Shown here in pieces: positions 45,475 through 54,274 of a stretch of 64,000 nt of DNA. Every line of letters starts with the position of its first letter. Positions within the stretch are counted from its first letter, which is position 1. Below the pieces are notes generated by a model, which did no database searches, was not told where the DNA came from, and worked only from the letters and a program-made list of their open reading frames with translations. The stretch is from an uncultured Acetatifactor sp. (lineage in GTDB: Bacteria; Bacillota; Clostridia; Lachnospirales; Lachnospiraceae), in assembly GCA_947629645.1 (NCBI GenBank), contig CANREV010000005.1, forward strand, positions 12,067 to 76,066, in the 5' to 3' direction. A program made the translations under genes and the position numbers.

Positions 45475-45503
45475 AAGGGAGCGATTTTATCGCTCCCTTT
45501 TTT
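45475..45503 (+). terminator. Intrinsic terminator after flgE
   Basis: AAGGGAGCGAT-ttt-ATCGCTCCCTT followed by TTTT. Confidence 0.85.
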
Positions 45504-45611
45504 CTGTGCGGAAATGGAACGCGGGATTTTGCGGCGTTACAGGGCTGCATAGGGCGGGGCGCGCAGGGCGCAGTGAGGCGGCGGACCGGGCCGCGGGATG
45601 AGGTTTGGAAG

Positions 45612-45797
45612 ATGATTGAAGTGACAAAGCTCAACGGAGAGAAGATTCTTGTGAATCCTCATCTGTTTGAGGTGGTGGAGGAGACGCCGGATACGGTGAT
45701 CACTTTGACCACCGGAAAAAAAATAATTGTAAAAGAAAGTAGACAAGAGATAAAAAATCTTGTAAAATTGTATAGAAAGGATATTTTTACGGATTAA
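45612..45797 (+). CDS. flbD: FlbD/SwrD family protein
   Basis: MIEVTKLNGEKILVNPHLFEVVEETPDTVITLTTGKKIIVKES. Confidence 0.92.
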   Translation: MIEVTKLNGEKILVNPHLFEVVEETPDTVITLTTGKKIIVKESRQEIKNLVKLYRKDIFTD

Positions 45798-45830
45798 TTA
45801 CAATAATTCTGTAAAAAGCAGGTGATTGTC

Positions 45831-46622
45831 GTGGATATAGCATCATTAGCAGGAATAATCCTGTGCTTTGTAATGCTTGTATTTGGTATCTTGAGTTCGG
45901 CCGGCGCCGGCGGTATCCATGAGTACATAGACGTACCTTCCATGGTTATCACGTTTGGCGGATCCTTTTCCGCAACGCTGACTTCTGTCAGCATGGCTGA
46001 TTACATAGGCGGACTGAAAAGCTTCACGCTGATCTTTAAGGCTCCCGCGCTGGATACGGCGGCGATGATCCAAAAAATCATAGAGTTGTCGAACATAGCT
46101 CGTAAGGAAGGCCTGCTCTCTCTGGAGGAAGCGGCATCGGATATGGACGAGCAGTTCTTGAAGAAAGGGATTCTGCTGATTGTAGATGGTACGGATCCTG
46201 ATTTAGTGCGTGCAATTATGGAGACGGAGCTGGTGAGTATCGATGGCAGACATAAAAACCGCATCGGCTTCTGGGACACATTGGGCGCCATGGGGCCTGC
46301 GTGGGGTATGATCGGTACGCTGGTAGGTCTGGTGGATATGTTGTATCATATGGAGGATCCTGCGTCTTTGGGACCCGCGATGGCGGTGGCTCTGATCACC
46401 ACGCTGTACGGTTCGCTTCTTGCGAACTGGATCTGCGGTCCCGTTTCTAATAAATTAAAAGCGGATAACAGCAATGAAATGATGCTCAAGGAAGTTATGA
46501 TCGAGGGTCTTTTATCGATCCAGGCGGGGGAGAACCCCAGAGTCATTGAGGAGAAGCTGAAATCATTCCTCGCTCCTAAGGACAGAGCTTCTTCCAACGA
46601 AGAGGCAGGGGGTGAGGAGTAA
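45831..46622 (+). CDS. motA: Flagellar stator protein MotA
   Basis: ARKEGLLSLE, GPAWGMIGTLVGL, ALITTLYG, SIQAGENP; GTG start. Confidence 0.95.
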   Translation: MDIASLAGIILCFVMLVFGILSSAGAGGIHEYIDVPSMVITFGGSFSATLTSVSMADYIGGLKSFTLIFKAPALDTAAMIQKIIELSNIARKEGLLSLEEAASDMDEQFLKKGILLIVDGTDPDLVRAIMETELVSIDGRHKNRIGFWDTLGAMGPAWGMIGTLVGLVDMLYHMEDPASLGPAMAVALITTLYGSLLANWICGPVSNKLKADNSNEMMLKEVMIEGLLSIQAGENPRVIEEKLKSFLAPKDRASSNEEAGGEE

Positions 46623-47443
46623 TGGCGAAGCGTCAGGAAGATGCGCCGCCCGCCGGGTCGCCGGCGTGGATGTCCACTTTCAGCGATCTGATGAACCTGC
46701 TTTTGTGTTTCTTCGTCATGCTGTTTTCCATGTCTAACATGGAGGAGAGCAAGCTCCACGAACTGGTGGCCGCGATGAATAATACGGTCAGTATCTTCGA
46801 TGCGGGCGCTACCGCTATCGGCGAGGGAGTTTTGATCAGCAACGGCGTCAGCCAGCTAAACGAGCTGGATCAATATATCAACAGTACGGGCAAGACCGCC
46901 GACAGCGAGACTGAGGGAGAAGATTTTCAGGAGTACGAAAAGTCTCCCGAGGCTTTAGAGGAGATGCTCACAGAGACGCAGCTTCAGGAAAATGAGGAGC
47001 TCGCCGAGAATGTGGAGGAGACGATTCAGGAAAACAATCTTGCCGACCAGATAGACGTAAGCTTTACGGCGCAGTATGTGCAGCTTACCATGAACGGCGC
47101 GCTGTTGTTCGACTCCGGAAGCGCTAAGCTTAAGGATGAGGCCATTGAGATCCTGCAGCAGGTCGGCGTGATCTTACAATATTACAGTTCAGGGACCATT
47201 GAGATAGAGGGGCATACGGACAATGTGCCTATCAGCAGCGCCCAGTATGCGGACAATGAGGAACTGAGCAGCGCGAGAGCCCTTTCCGTGTTTTATTTCC
47301 TGCTGGATAATACGGCTCTCGATCCTGTCAACTTAAAACATGCGGGGATGGGTGACCGTGTTCCCGTGGCTGACAATTCGACTGCGGAAGGCAGAAGCAG
47401 AAACAGAAGGGTTGAAATCAGAATCTATAATCCGGCAAGATGA
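46622..47443 (+). CDS. motB: Flagellar stator protein MotB
   Basis: WMSTFSDLMNLLLCFFVMLFSMS (conserved Asp), OmpA-like IEGHTDN, NRRVEI. Confidence 0.95.
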   Translation: MAKRQEDAPPAGSPAWMSTFSDLMNLLLCFFVMLFSMSNMEESKLHELVAAMNNTVSIFDAGATAIGEGVLISNGVSQLNELDQYINSTGKTADSETEGEDFQEYEKSPEALEEMLTETQLQENEELAENVEETIQENNLADQIDVSFTAQYVQLTMNGALLFDSGSAKLKDEAIEILQQVGVILQYYSSGTIEIEGHTDNVPISSAQYADNEELSSARALSVFYFLLDNTALDPVNLKHAGMGDRVPVADNSTAEGRSRNRRVEIRIYNPAR

Positions 47444-47473
47444 CGGCCGGAGCAAAAATGAGGGAAGTTAAAT

Positions 47474-47992
47474 ATGAAAAAGAATTTACTGACTGTGTTA
47501 ATCCTGGCGTTATTGATCGTGAATATTGTCCTTACCACCATCATGATGGTAAGCGTGATCGGCGTCAACAAAAAGACTTCGGAACTGGTCAACAGCGTTG
47601 CCAGCGCGTTGAATCTGGAATTGTCCGCCCCCGGAGAGGCGGAGGAAGAAAAGGAAGCTGTTTCCCTGGCGGATACAGAGGTATATTCGCTGGCCGATTC
47701 CATGATGATTCCGCTTGCTTCTGCGGACGGCAAGACTGTCTATATGATTTTTGAAATGTCTCTCTCCATGAATACCAAGGGAGACGGATATAAAGATCTG
47801 GGAGAGAATATCGCGGCGGGAACTTATGATTCCATCATAGGCGATATGGTCAATTCTATCGTGAGCGCCCATTCCGAGGCGGAGTGCAGAGATAACTTCA
47901 ATGCGATCAGAGATGAGATCCTTCAGGCTGTTCAGGATAAATTTGGAACCTTTATATATGCGATCAACATCAGCGGCATAAAGTTCGGTTGA
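47474..47992 (+). CDS. fliL: Flagellar basal body-associated protein FliL
   Basis: N-terminal TM helix, C-terminal IRDEILQAV...INISGI; located between motB and fliM. Confidence 0.8.
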   Translation: MKKNLLTVLILALLIVNIVLTTIMMVSVIGVNKKTSELVNSVASALNLELSAPGEAEEEKEAVSLADTEVYSLADSMMIPLASADGKTVYMIFEMSLSMNTKGDGYKDLGENIAAGTYDSIIGDMVNSIVSAHSEAECRDNFNAIRDEILQAVQDKFGTFIYAINISGIKFG

Positions 47993-48029
47993 TGAACCCA
48001 GGCGACAGCATGATAGGAGGTGAGCTTGT

Positions 48030-49010
48030 GTGGGCGAGGTCCTTTCCCAAAGTGAAATAGATAATCTGCTTGCGGCGCTGTCCTCGGGTGAACTCGATGC
48101 GGACCAGATGCAGGAGAACGAGGAAAAGAAAGCCAAGGAGTACGATTTTAACCGCCCTGCAAAGTTCTCAAAAGAGCATTTAAGGACGCTTGAGATTATA
48201 TTTGAGCATTACAGCCGTCTGATTTCCACAAACCTTCCCGTGTATTTGCGGAAAAATGTCCAGGTGGCTGTGGCAAGCTCTGAAACGGTAACATTTAATG
48301 AGTTTACAAACGCATTATCCAATCCTGTTATTTTGGGAATTATAAATTTTACGCCCCTGAACGGTACGATCATAATCGACCTTGCAACGAACCTCGGCTA
48401 TGCAATGCTGGACCGCATGCTGGGGGGAGCGGGCATACCGTTAGAGAGGAGCAGGGAATTCTCGGAGATCGAGATGTCCATCATTGAAAAGATATTAGTA
48501 ATGTTCACACAGCTTTTAAGGGAGCCGTGGAGAAATGTTATTGATATATCGCCGGTACTGCAGAGACTGGAGACAAATCCCCAGTTTGCGCAGGTAATTT
48601 CGCCTAATGATATGATAGCGATCATTACGCTCAATATCAAGATAGGCGATGTGGAAGGCTTTATGAATGTCTGCCTGCCGTTCTTTACGTTGGAAGACAT
48701 CATGGATAGGCTGAACACGAAGTATTGGTTCTCCACGATGCAGGAGAATCATGATGAAAATTATAAGGCGTACATTGAGTCGCTGATCCGCAGGGCGGAT
48801 ATCCCCGTAAGGGCGGTCCTTGGAAAGAGCATGATCTCTGTGAGCGACTTCATGAACCTACAGGTGGGCGATTGTATTCGCTTGGGATCCAGAGTGGATG
48901 AGGACATGAACATTTATGTAGGTAATATTAAAAAATTTACTGCATTGCCCGGAACCGAGAAGGATTCTTATGCTGTCCGGATCACATCGGTAATCAGAGA
49001 GGAGGGGTAG
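48030..49010 (+). CDS. fliM: Flagellar motor switch protein FliM
   Basis: LSQSEIDNLL CheY-binding motif, YDFNRPAKFSKEHLRTL, ETNPQFAQ. Confidence 0.96.
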   Translation: MGEVLSQSEIDNLLAALSSGELDADQMQENEEKKAKEYDFNRPAKFSKEHLRTLEIIFEHYSRLISTNLPVYLRKNVQVAVASSETVTFNEFTNALSNPVILGIINFTPLNGTIIIDLATNLGYAMLDRMLGGAGIPLERSREFSEIEMSIIEKILVMFTQLLREPWRNVIDISPVLQRLETNPQFAQVISPNDMIAIITLNIKIGDVEGFMNVCLPFFTLEDIMDRLNTKYWFSTMQENHDENYKAYIESLIRRADIPVRAVLGKSMISVSDFMNLQVGDCIRLGSRVDEDMNIYVGNIKKFTALPGTEKDSYAVRITSVIREEG

Positions 49011-49013
49011 AGA

Positions 49014-50336
49014 ATGGATGGAATGTTATCTCAGGATGAGATAAACGCGCTGCTCAACGGCATGGATCTGTCGGAGGACGCGGAGGGGAGTGATGACAGC
49101 TCTTCCGCTAAAGCAGGCGAAGCCGCATCAGAAGTATCCGGCAGTGAACCGTCTGCGGGCAGCGCAGCTTCTTCAAGTATACCAGACATTCTTACAGAGG
49201 TAGAGAAGGACGCGATAGGGGAGGTAGCCAATATCAGCATGGGCTCCTCGGCAACCACTCTGTATTCATTGGTAAACAGAAAGGTTAATATTACCACACC
49301 GGTTGTGGAGATGGCGCAATGGGAGACTTTGCTGGAAGATTATGAAAAGCCTTGCGTTTTTATACAAATTAAGTATACAATGGGGTTGGATGGCAGTAAC
49401 ATCCTGGTGTTGCGTGAACATGATGTAAAAGTCATCACCGACCTGATGATGGGCGGCGATGGTTCCAACACGGATGGTGAGCTGGGAGAGCTGCACCTGA
49501 GCGCGATCTCGGAGGCCATGAACCAGATGATGGGTTCCGCGGCGACTTCCCTTTCCACCATGTTGAAGACCACCATTGATATCAGCCCGCCGGAAGCTTC
49601 ACTGTTAGATCTGACCACGATCAAGTCGGGCAGTGATGTATCACCTTTTTTGGGAGGAGCTTTTGTCAAGGTTTCCTTCAGGCTGCAGATCGATGAGTTG
49701 ATAGACAGTTCCATTATACAGCTGTATCCGGTTGATTTCGCCCGTATGCTGGTAGATACTTTTATTAATCAGAAGGATGGCGGCGAAGCAGCCCCAACGG
49801 AGACGGCGCCTGCCGCACCTGCACAGAGCAGCAGCGCGGGGGCGGCTCCCCAGATGGATATGGGAGGTATGCAGATGGGGGCAAATCCTCAGATGATGAT
49901 GGGAATGAATCCTCAGATGGGAATGAACCCTCAAATGGGAATGAATCCTCAGATGATGGGAATGAATCCTCAAATGGGAATGAACCCTCAGATGATGATG
50001 AATCCCCAGATGATGATGAATCCCATGGCAATGCAGAACGTAAATATTCAGCCCGCTCAGTTTCAAAGTTTTTCCACGGATATGAGCAGTATTCCGGGAG
50101 GAGAAAACATCGGACTGATCATGGATGTTCCGTTGGAAGTTACGGTAGAGCTTGGACGTACTACAAAGTCCATTTCGGAGATCCTGAATTTCACGCCGGG
50201 CACGATCATCGAGCTTGACCGGATCGCCGGTGAACCGATCGATGTGCTGGTGAATGGAAAGTTTGTTGCTAAGGGCGAAGTAGTGGTAATTGAAGAGAGC
50301 TTTAGCGTAAGAATAACTGAGATTATTAAGGTGTAG
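49014..50336 (+). CDS. fliY: Flagellar motor switch phosphatase FliY
   Basis: LSQDEINALL, CheC-like EVANISMG and EAMNQMMG, FliN-like DVPLEVTVELG...GEVVVI. Confidence 0.95.
   Translation: MDGMLSQDEINALLNGMDLSEDAEGSDDSSSAKAGEAASEVSGSEPSAGSAASSSIPDILTEVEKDAIGEVANISMGSSATTLYSLVNRKVNITTPVVEMAQWETLLEDYEKPCVFIQIKYTMGLDGSNILVLREHDVKVITDLMMGGDGSNTDGELGELHLSAISEAMNQMMGSAATSLSTMLKTTIDISPPEASLLDLTTIKSGSDVSPFLGGAFVKVSFRLQIDELIDSSIIQLYPVDFARMLVDTFINQKDGGEAAPTETAPAAPAQSSSAGAAPQMDMGGMQMGANPQMMMGMNPQMGMNPQMGMNPQMMGMNPQMGMNPQMMMNPQMMMNPMAMQNVNIQPAQFQSFSTDMSSIPGGENIGLIMDVPLEVTVELGRTTKSISEILNFTPGTIIELDRIAGEPIDVLVNGKFVAKGEVVVIEESFSVRITEIIKV
49875..50024 (+). repeat. In-frame repeat encoding (M)GMNPQM units in the FliY linker
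   Basis: ATGGGAATGAAYCCTCAR units; 7 NPQ plus 1 NPM. Confidence 0.9.
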
Positions 50337-50349
50337 GAGGAAGGAATTA

Positions 50350-50712
50350 ATGGCAAAGAATATTTTAGTATGTGACGATGCAGCTTTCATGAGGATGATG
50401 ATCAAGGACATTCTCACCAAGAATGGCTACAATGTTGCCGGAGAAGCGGAAAACGGTGCGAAAGCAATAGAGAAATATAAAGAGCTGACGCCCGATCTGG
50501 TTCTGATGGATATCACCATGCCCGAGATGGACGGACTGCAGGCGTTGAAGGAGATCAAGAAGGTGGACGCAAACGCGAAAGTCATCATGTGTTCTGCAAT
50601 GGGCCAGCAGGCGATGGTTATTGAATCTATCCAGAACGGCGCAAAGGATTTCATTGTAAAGCCTTTCCAGGCGGAGCGTGTTCTCGAAGCCGTAAAGAAG
50701 GTCGTTGGCTGA
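50350..50712 (+). CDS. cheY: Chemotaxis response regulator CheY
   Basis: ILVCDDAAFMR, VLMDITMPEMDG, MCSAMGQ, FIVKPF. Confidence 0.96.
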   Translation: MAKNILVCDDAAFMRMMIKDILTKNGYNVAGEAENGAKAIEKYKELTPDLVLMDITMPEMDGLQALKEIKKVDANAKVIMCSAMGQQAMVIESIQNGAKDFIVKPFQAERVLEAVKKVVG

Positions 50713-51110
50713 TGCCGGTTTTATTGACCGGAGTTGAAAGCGGTTATGCCCAGTTTATCACCGTCCTGATAGTATTTGTTTTGGTACTTGGGGTGACGGC
50801 ACTGACAACGAAGTGGATCGCCGGATATCAGAAGCAGCAGAGCGCTAACAGCAATATCGAGATTATTGAGACCAGCCGCCTGTCGAACAATAAGCTTCTT
50901 CAGATCGTGCGGGTGGGGGAGACCTATATGGTGATTGCGGTCTGCAAAGACACTGTCACCATGCTGGGTGAAATTTCCGGCGAACAGCTTAAGAAACCGG
51001 AATTTACCAGTTCGGGAACAGGATTTAAGGAGCTGTTGGATAAAGCTGTCAGAAAGAGATCCACAAATGCGGGTGAATCAAAGGATAATTCGGGTAATGA
51101 TGGGATTTAA
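50712..51110 (+). CDS. fliO: Flagellar biosynthesis protein FliO/FliZ
   Basis: N-terminal TM helix, IIET..LS.NKLLQIVRVGE; located before fliP. Confidence 0.8.
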   Translation: MPVLLTGVESGYAQFITVLIVFVLVLGVTALTTKWIAGYQKQQSANSNIEIIETSRLSNNKLLQIVRVGETYMVIAVCKDTVTMLGEISGEQLKKPEFTSSGTGFKELLDKAVRKRSTNAGESKDNSGNDGI

Positions 51111-51963
51111 GCGAAATTGTAAACGAATAGTAACGGTAATATGCCTGCTGGTCACGGTAGGCATATTGTGCATTCAAGATACACTGACGGTGCGGGCGAT
51201 AGAAGACCGCCCTGAGGCCGGATCGCAGGGAGAGCGCACTTATATCGATCCTCCGGGGACATATGATAACCCTGAGGATGCAAACCGGATGAACACGGCA
51301 AATACGGTGACTTTTACCTATGACGGGGACAACGGCGAGCTAAACGGCGAGCTGAGGATCCTGATCACGCTGACGCTGATTGCGATCGCTCCGCTGATCA
51401 TCCTGCTGATGACATCCTTTACCCGCATCATTATTGTATTGCATTTTACCAGAGCGGCGCTGAATACGCAGACGGCGCCGCCAAACCAGATCCTGATCGG
51501 TCTGGCGCTGATTTTAACCTTTTTTATCATGGAGCCTACGATTGAGAGGATCAATGAAGAGGCGATCCAGCCCTTTGAGGCGGGGGAACTGACGCAGGAG
51601 GAAGCTTTTGAGGCGGGGATTCAGCCCCTTCGGGAGTTCATGTATCCGCAGACGCAGGTAAAAGATGCGGAATTGTTTATGGATATAGCGGGCAGGGAGT
51701 GGGATGGAGATATCGAGACGATCCCTAACTCCGTTCTGATTCCCAGTTTTATGCTCAGCGAGCTGCGGATTGCTTTCTGGATTGGGTTTATGATCTATAT
51801 CCCGTTCATCGTCATTGATATGGTGGTGGCTTCCACGCTGATGGGTATGGGTATGATGATGCTGCCTCCGACGACCATCTCCATGCCTTTTAAGATATTG
51901 TTGTTTGTCATTGCGGACGGCTGGAACCTTGTGATAGGCAATCTGGTGCGGACATTTTATTGA
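51097..51963 (+). CDS. fliP: Flagellar export gate protein FliP
   Basis: TSFTRIIIV...QTAPPNQ, IYIPFIVIDMVVA, MMMLPP..IS.PFK; start 51097 or 51100. Confidence 0.95.
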   Translation: MMGFKRNCKRIVTVICLLVTVGILCIQDTLTVRAIEDRPEAGSQGERTYIDPPGTYDNPEDANRMNTANTVTFTYDGDNGELNGELRILITLTLIAIAPLIILLMTSFTRIIIVLHFTRAALNTQTAPPNQILIGLALILTFFIMEPTIERINEEAIQPFEAGELTQEEAFEAGIQPLREFMYPQTQVKDAELFMDIAGREWDGDIETIPNSVLIPSFMLSELRIAFWIGFMIYIPFIVIDMVVASTLMGMGMMMLPPTTISMPFKILLFVIADGWNLVIGNLVRTFY

Positions 51964-52037
51964 CACAGATAAAAGTCCTGCGGTCTGGTAAGGGACAGTA
52001 AGGGCAGGGACTGCGAAGAGAAAGGAGTGTGACGGTC

Positions 52038-52310
52038 GTGACTGTTGAGGCGGTATCCGATATCGCGAGAGACGCTTTGTTTTTGATCATCAAGGTATCT
52101 CTGCCGGTACTTTTGATCTCCTTGGTGATCGGTCTGGTTGTCAGTATATTTCAGACAGTCACTTCCATACAGGAACAGACGCTCACTTTTGTGCCTAAGA
52201 TTGTGGGAGTGTTTTTGGGATTGGTTATTTTCGGCCATTGGATGATGAACAGTATAGTGGAGTTTATGACCACGTTGTGGTCAGGCTTCTCTTTTTACGT
52301 CCATAAATAG
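52038..52310 (+). CDS. fliQ: Flagellar export protein FliQ
   Basis: GLVVSIFQTVTSIQEQTLTFVPK. Confidence 0.95.
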   Translation: MTVEAVSDIARDALFLIIKVSLPVLLISLVIGLVVSIFQTVTSIQEQTLTFVPKIVGVFLGLVIFGHWMMNSIVEFMTTLWSGFSFYVHK

Positions 52311-52324
52311 CCGGAGAAACAGAT

Positions 52325-53107
52325 ATGGTTGATCTTGGTTTTTCAATATATGATTTGGAATATTTTCTGCTGATACTCACAAGAGTGTCATGCTTTGTTT
52401 TTATAGCGCCGTTTTTCAGCATGCGGAATACCCCAAACAGAGTGAGGGTGGGGTTCAGTTTTTTTGTTTCCCTGCTGCTTTATCAGTCGCTTGCGCCTTC
52501 GGACGCGGTGACTTTTGAGACGGTGTATGAGTATGCTGTCATCGTGATGAAAGAAGCGGTCGCGGGCCTGCTGATTGGATTTGGGGCCACGATCTGTACT
52601 TCGATCGTCAATTTTGCGGGCGCCATAGCGGATATGGAGACAGGATTGTCCATGGCTACGCTGTTGGATCCTACTACAAGGGAGAATACCAGTATCACGG
52701 GAGTGATGTATCAGTATGTCCTGATGATGATGATGATTGCCACGGGAATGCATCGTTTCCTTCTGGGGGCTTTGGCGGATACCTTTACGCTGATCCCCGT
52801 AAACGGCGCGGTGTTCAACAGTGGGAAACTGCTGGATGTCATGGTCAGATTTCTGGGTGATTATGTGGTGATCGGCTTCCGTATTGTGCTGCCGGTTTTT
52901 TGTTCGATTTTGCTGTTGAACGCCGTTCTGGGCGTTCTGGCGAAGGTATCGCCACAGATGAACATGTTTGCGGTAGGTCTTCAGCTAAAGATTCTGGTAG
53001 GTCTTTCCGTGATCTTTTTCACGGCGGGGCTATTGCCCGGAGCGGCGGATTTTGTCTTCAGGGAGATGGAGCAGATGATCGTTTCTTTTGTGGGAGCAAT
53101 GCAATGA
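52325..53107 (+). CDS. fliR: Flagellar export protein FliR
   Basis: Multi-TM protein, FAGAIADMETGLS, KVSPQMNMFAVG. Confidence 0.93.
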   Translation: MVDLGFSIYDLEYFLLILTRVSCFVFIAPFFSMRNTPNRVRVGFSFFVSLLLYQSLAPSDAVTFETVYEYAVIVMKEAVAGLLIGFGATICTSIVNFAGAIADMETGLSMATLLDPTTRENTSITGVMYQYVLMMMMIATGMHRFLLGALADTFTLIPVNGAVFNSGKLLDVMVRFLGDYVVIGFRIVLPVFCSILLLNAVLGVLAKVSPQMNMFAVGLQLKILVGLSVIFFTAGLLPGAADFVFREMEQMIVSFVGAMQ

Positions 53108-54213
53108 TTCGATACGATCTACAATTTTTTGCAAAGGAAGGGCAGGGCGGCGAAAAGACGGAGCCTGCCACTCAGAAAAAACTGGATGATGCCCGCAAAG
53201 AAGGACAGGTTGCAAAGAGCAGGGAAATCGCGAACGGCCTGAGCCTTTTGGCGCTTTTTTTGATTTTAAAGTTGTATGTAGGAACTATAGCCAATAATCT
53301 GAAAGCGCTTTTTGCCGGATTTTATAACAGGATTCCGGAGGTAGTTACATTTCATTACGGCTATATGCCGCAGGGGGACGTCAATCAGATCTTCCGCTAT
53401 ATGCTGACGCGCGTTTTGCTTATCATTGCGCCTATACTGGCCATTGCCCTGCTGATCGCCTTTGTCAGCGATGTGGTGCAGGTGAAGTGGCGGCCGACTC
53501 TGAAACCGTTAAAGCCCAAACTGAGCAATCTGAATCCGTTGAAAGGCATAAAAAAGATTATTTCCGTCAACTCCCTGGTGGAACTGATCAAATCTATCGC
53601 CAAGATTGGGCTGATCGCGCTGATCTGTTACAACTATTTGAAAGATAAATGGATTTATCTGTTGAACCTTTATGATCTTTCCCTGCTTCAGGGCCTGCAG
53701 CTGGCCGGGGCGACGGTCACCGATCTGGGTATCAGGATTTCCGCGGTCTATATGATCATTGCTCTGGCGGATTACATCTATCAGAAGGTGAAATTCAGCA
53801 ATGACATGAAGATGACCAAGCAGGAGGTCAAGGAAGAGTATAAGCAGTCGGAAGGTGATCCCCAGGTCAAGGGACAGATCAGACAGAAGATGCGTGAAGT
53901 TTCCAGACGCCGTATGATGCAGGCTCTGCCTCAGGCGGATGTGGTCATCACCAATCCTACCCATTACGCGGTGGCTGTCAAATATGATCTGGATGTGGCG
54001 GAAGCGCCCATTGTCATTGCCAAAGGAGAGGATTATCTGGCGGCGCGCATTAAGGAAGTGGCGAGAGAGAACCATATAGAGATTGTGGAGAACAAGCCGC
54101 TTGCGCGTATGCTTTACGCCAATGTGGAGGTGGGGCAGATGATTCCGCCGGAGTTGTATCAGGCGGTTGCGGAAGTGCTGGCTTTCGTATACCATCTTCA
54201 GGGAAAAGTGTAG
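53104..54213 (+). CDS. flhB: Flagellar export switch protein FlhB
   Basis: EKTEPAT.KK, KMTKQEVKEEYKQSEGDP, NPTH autocleavage site; ATGA overlap with fliR. Confidence 0.96.
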   Translation: MIRYDLQFFAKEGQGGEKTEPATQKKLDDARKEGQVAKSREIANGLSLLALFLILKLYVGTIANNLKALFAGFYNRIPEVVTFHYGYMPQGDVNQIFRYMLTRVLLIIAPILAIALLIAFVSDVVQVKWRPTLKPLKPKLSNLNPLKGIKKIISVNSLVELIKSIAKIGLIALICYNYLKDKWIYLLNLYDLSLLQGLQLAGATVTDLGIRISAVYMIIALADYIYQKVKFSNDMKMTKQEVKEEYKQSEGDPQVKGQIRQKMREVSRRRMMQALPQADVVITNPTHYAVAVKYDLDVAEAPIVIAKGEDYLAARIKEVARENHIEIVENKPLARMLYANVEVGQMIPPELYQAVAEVLAFVYHLQGKV

Positions 54214-54274
54214 GATGAATCCCATAAATGAAATCTATAAATGAAATTGAGATCATGGACAGGAGGTGAGGAAA

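Noticed and set aside
54224-54247. ATAAATGAAAT direct repeat between flhB and flhA
   Set aside because: Two copies of a short AT-rich 11-mer; most simply a slippage duplication with no promoter context
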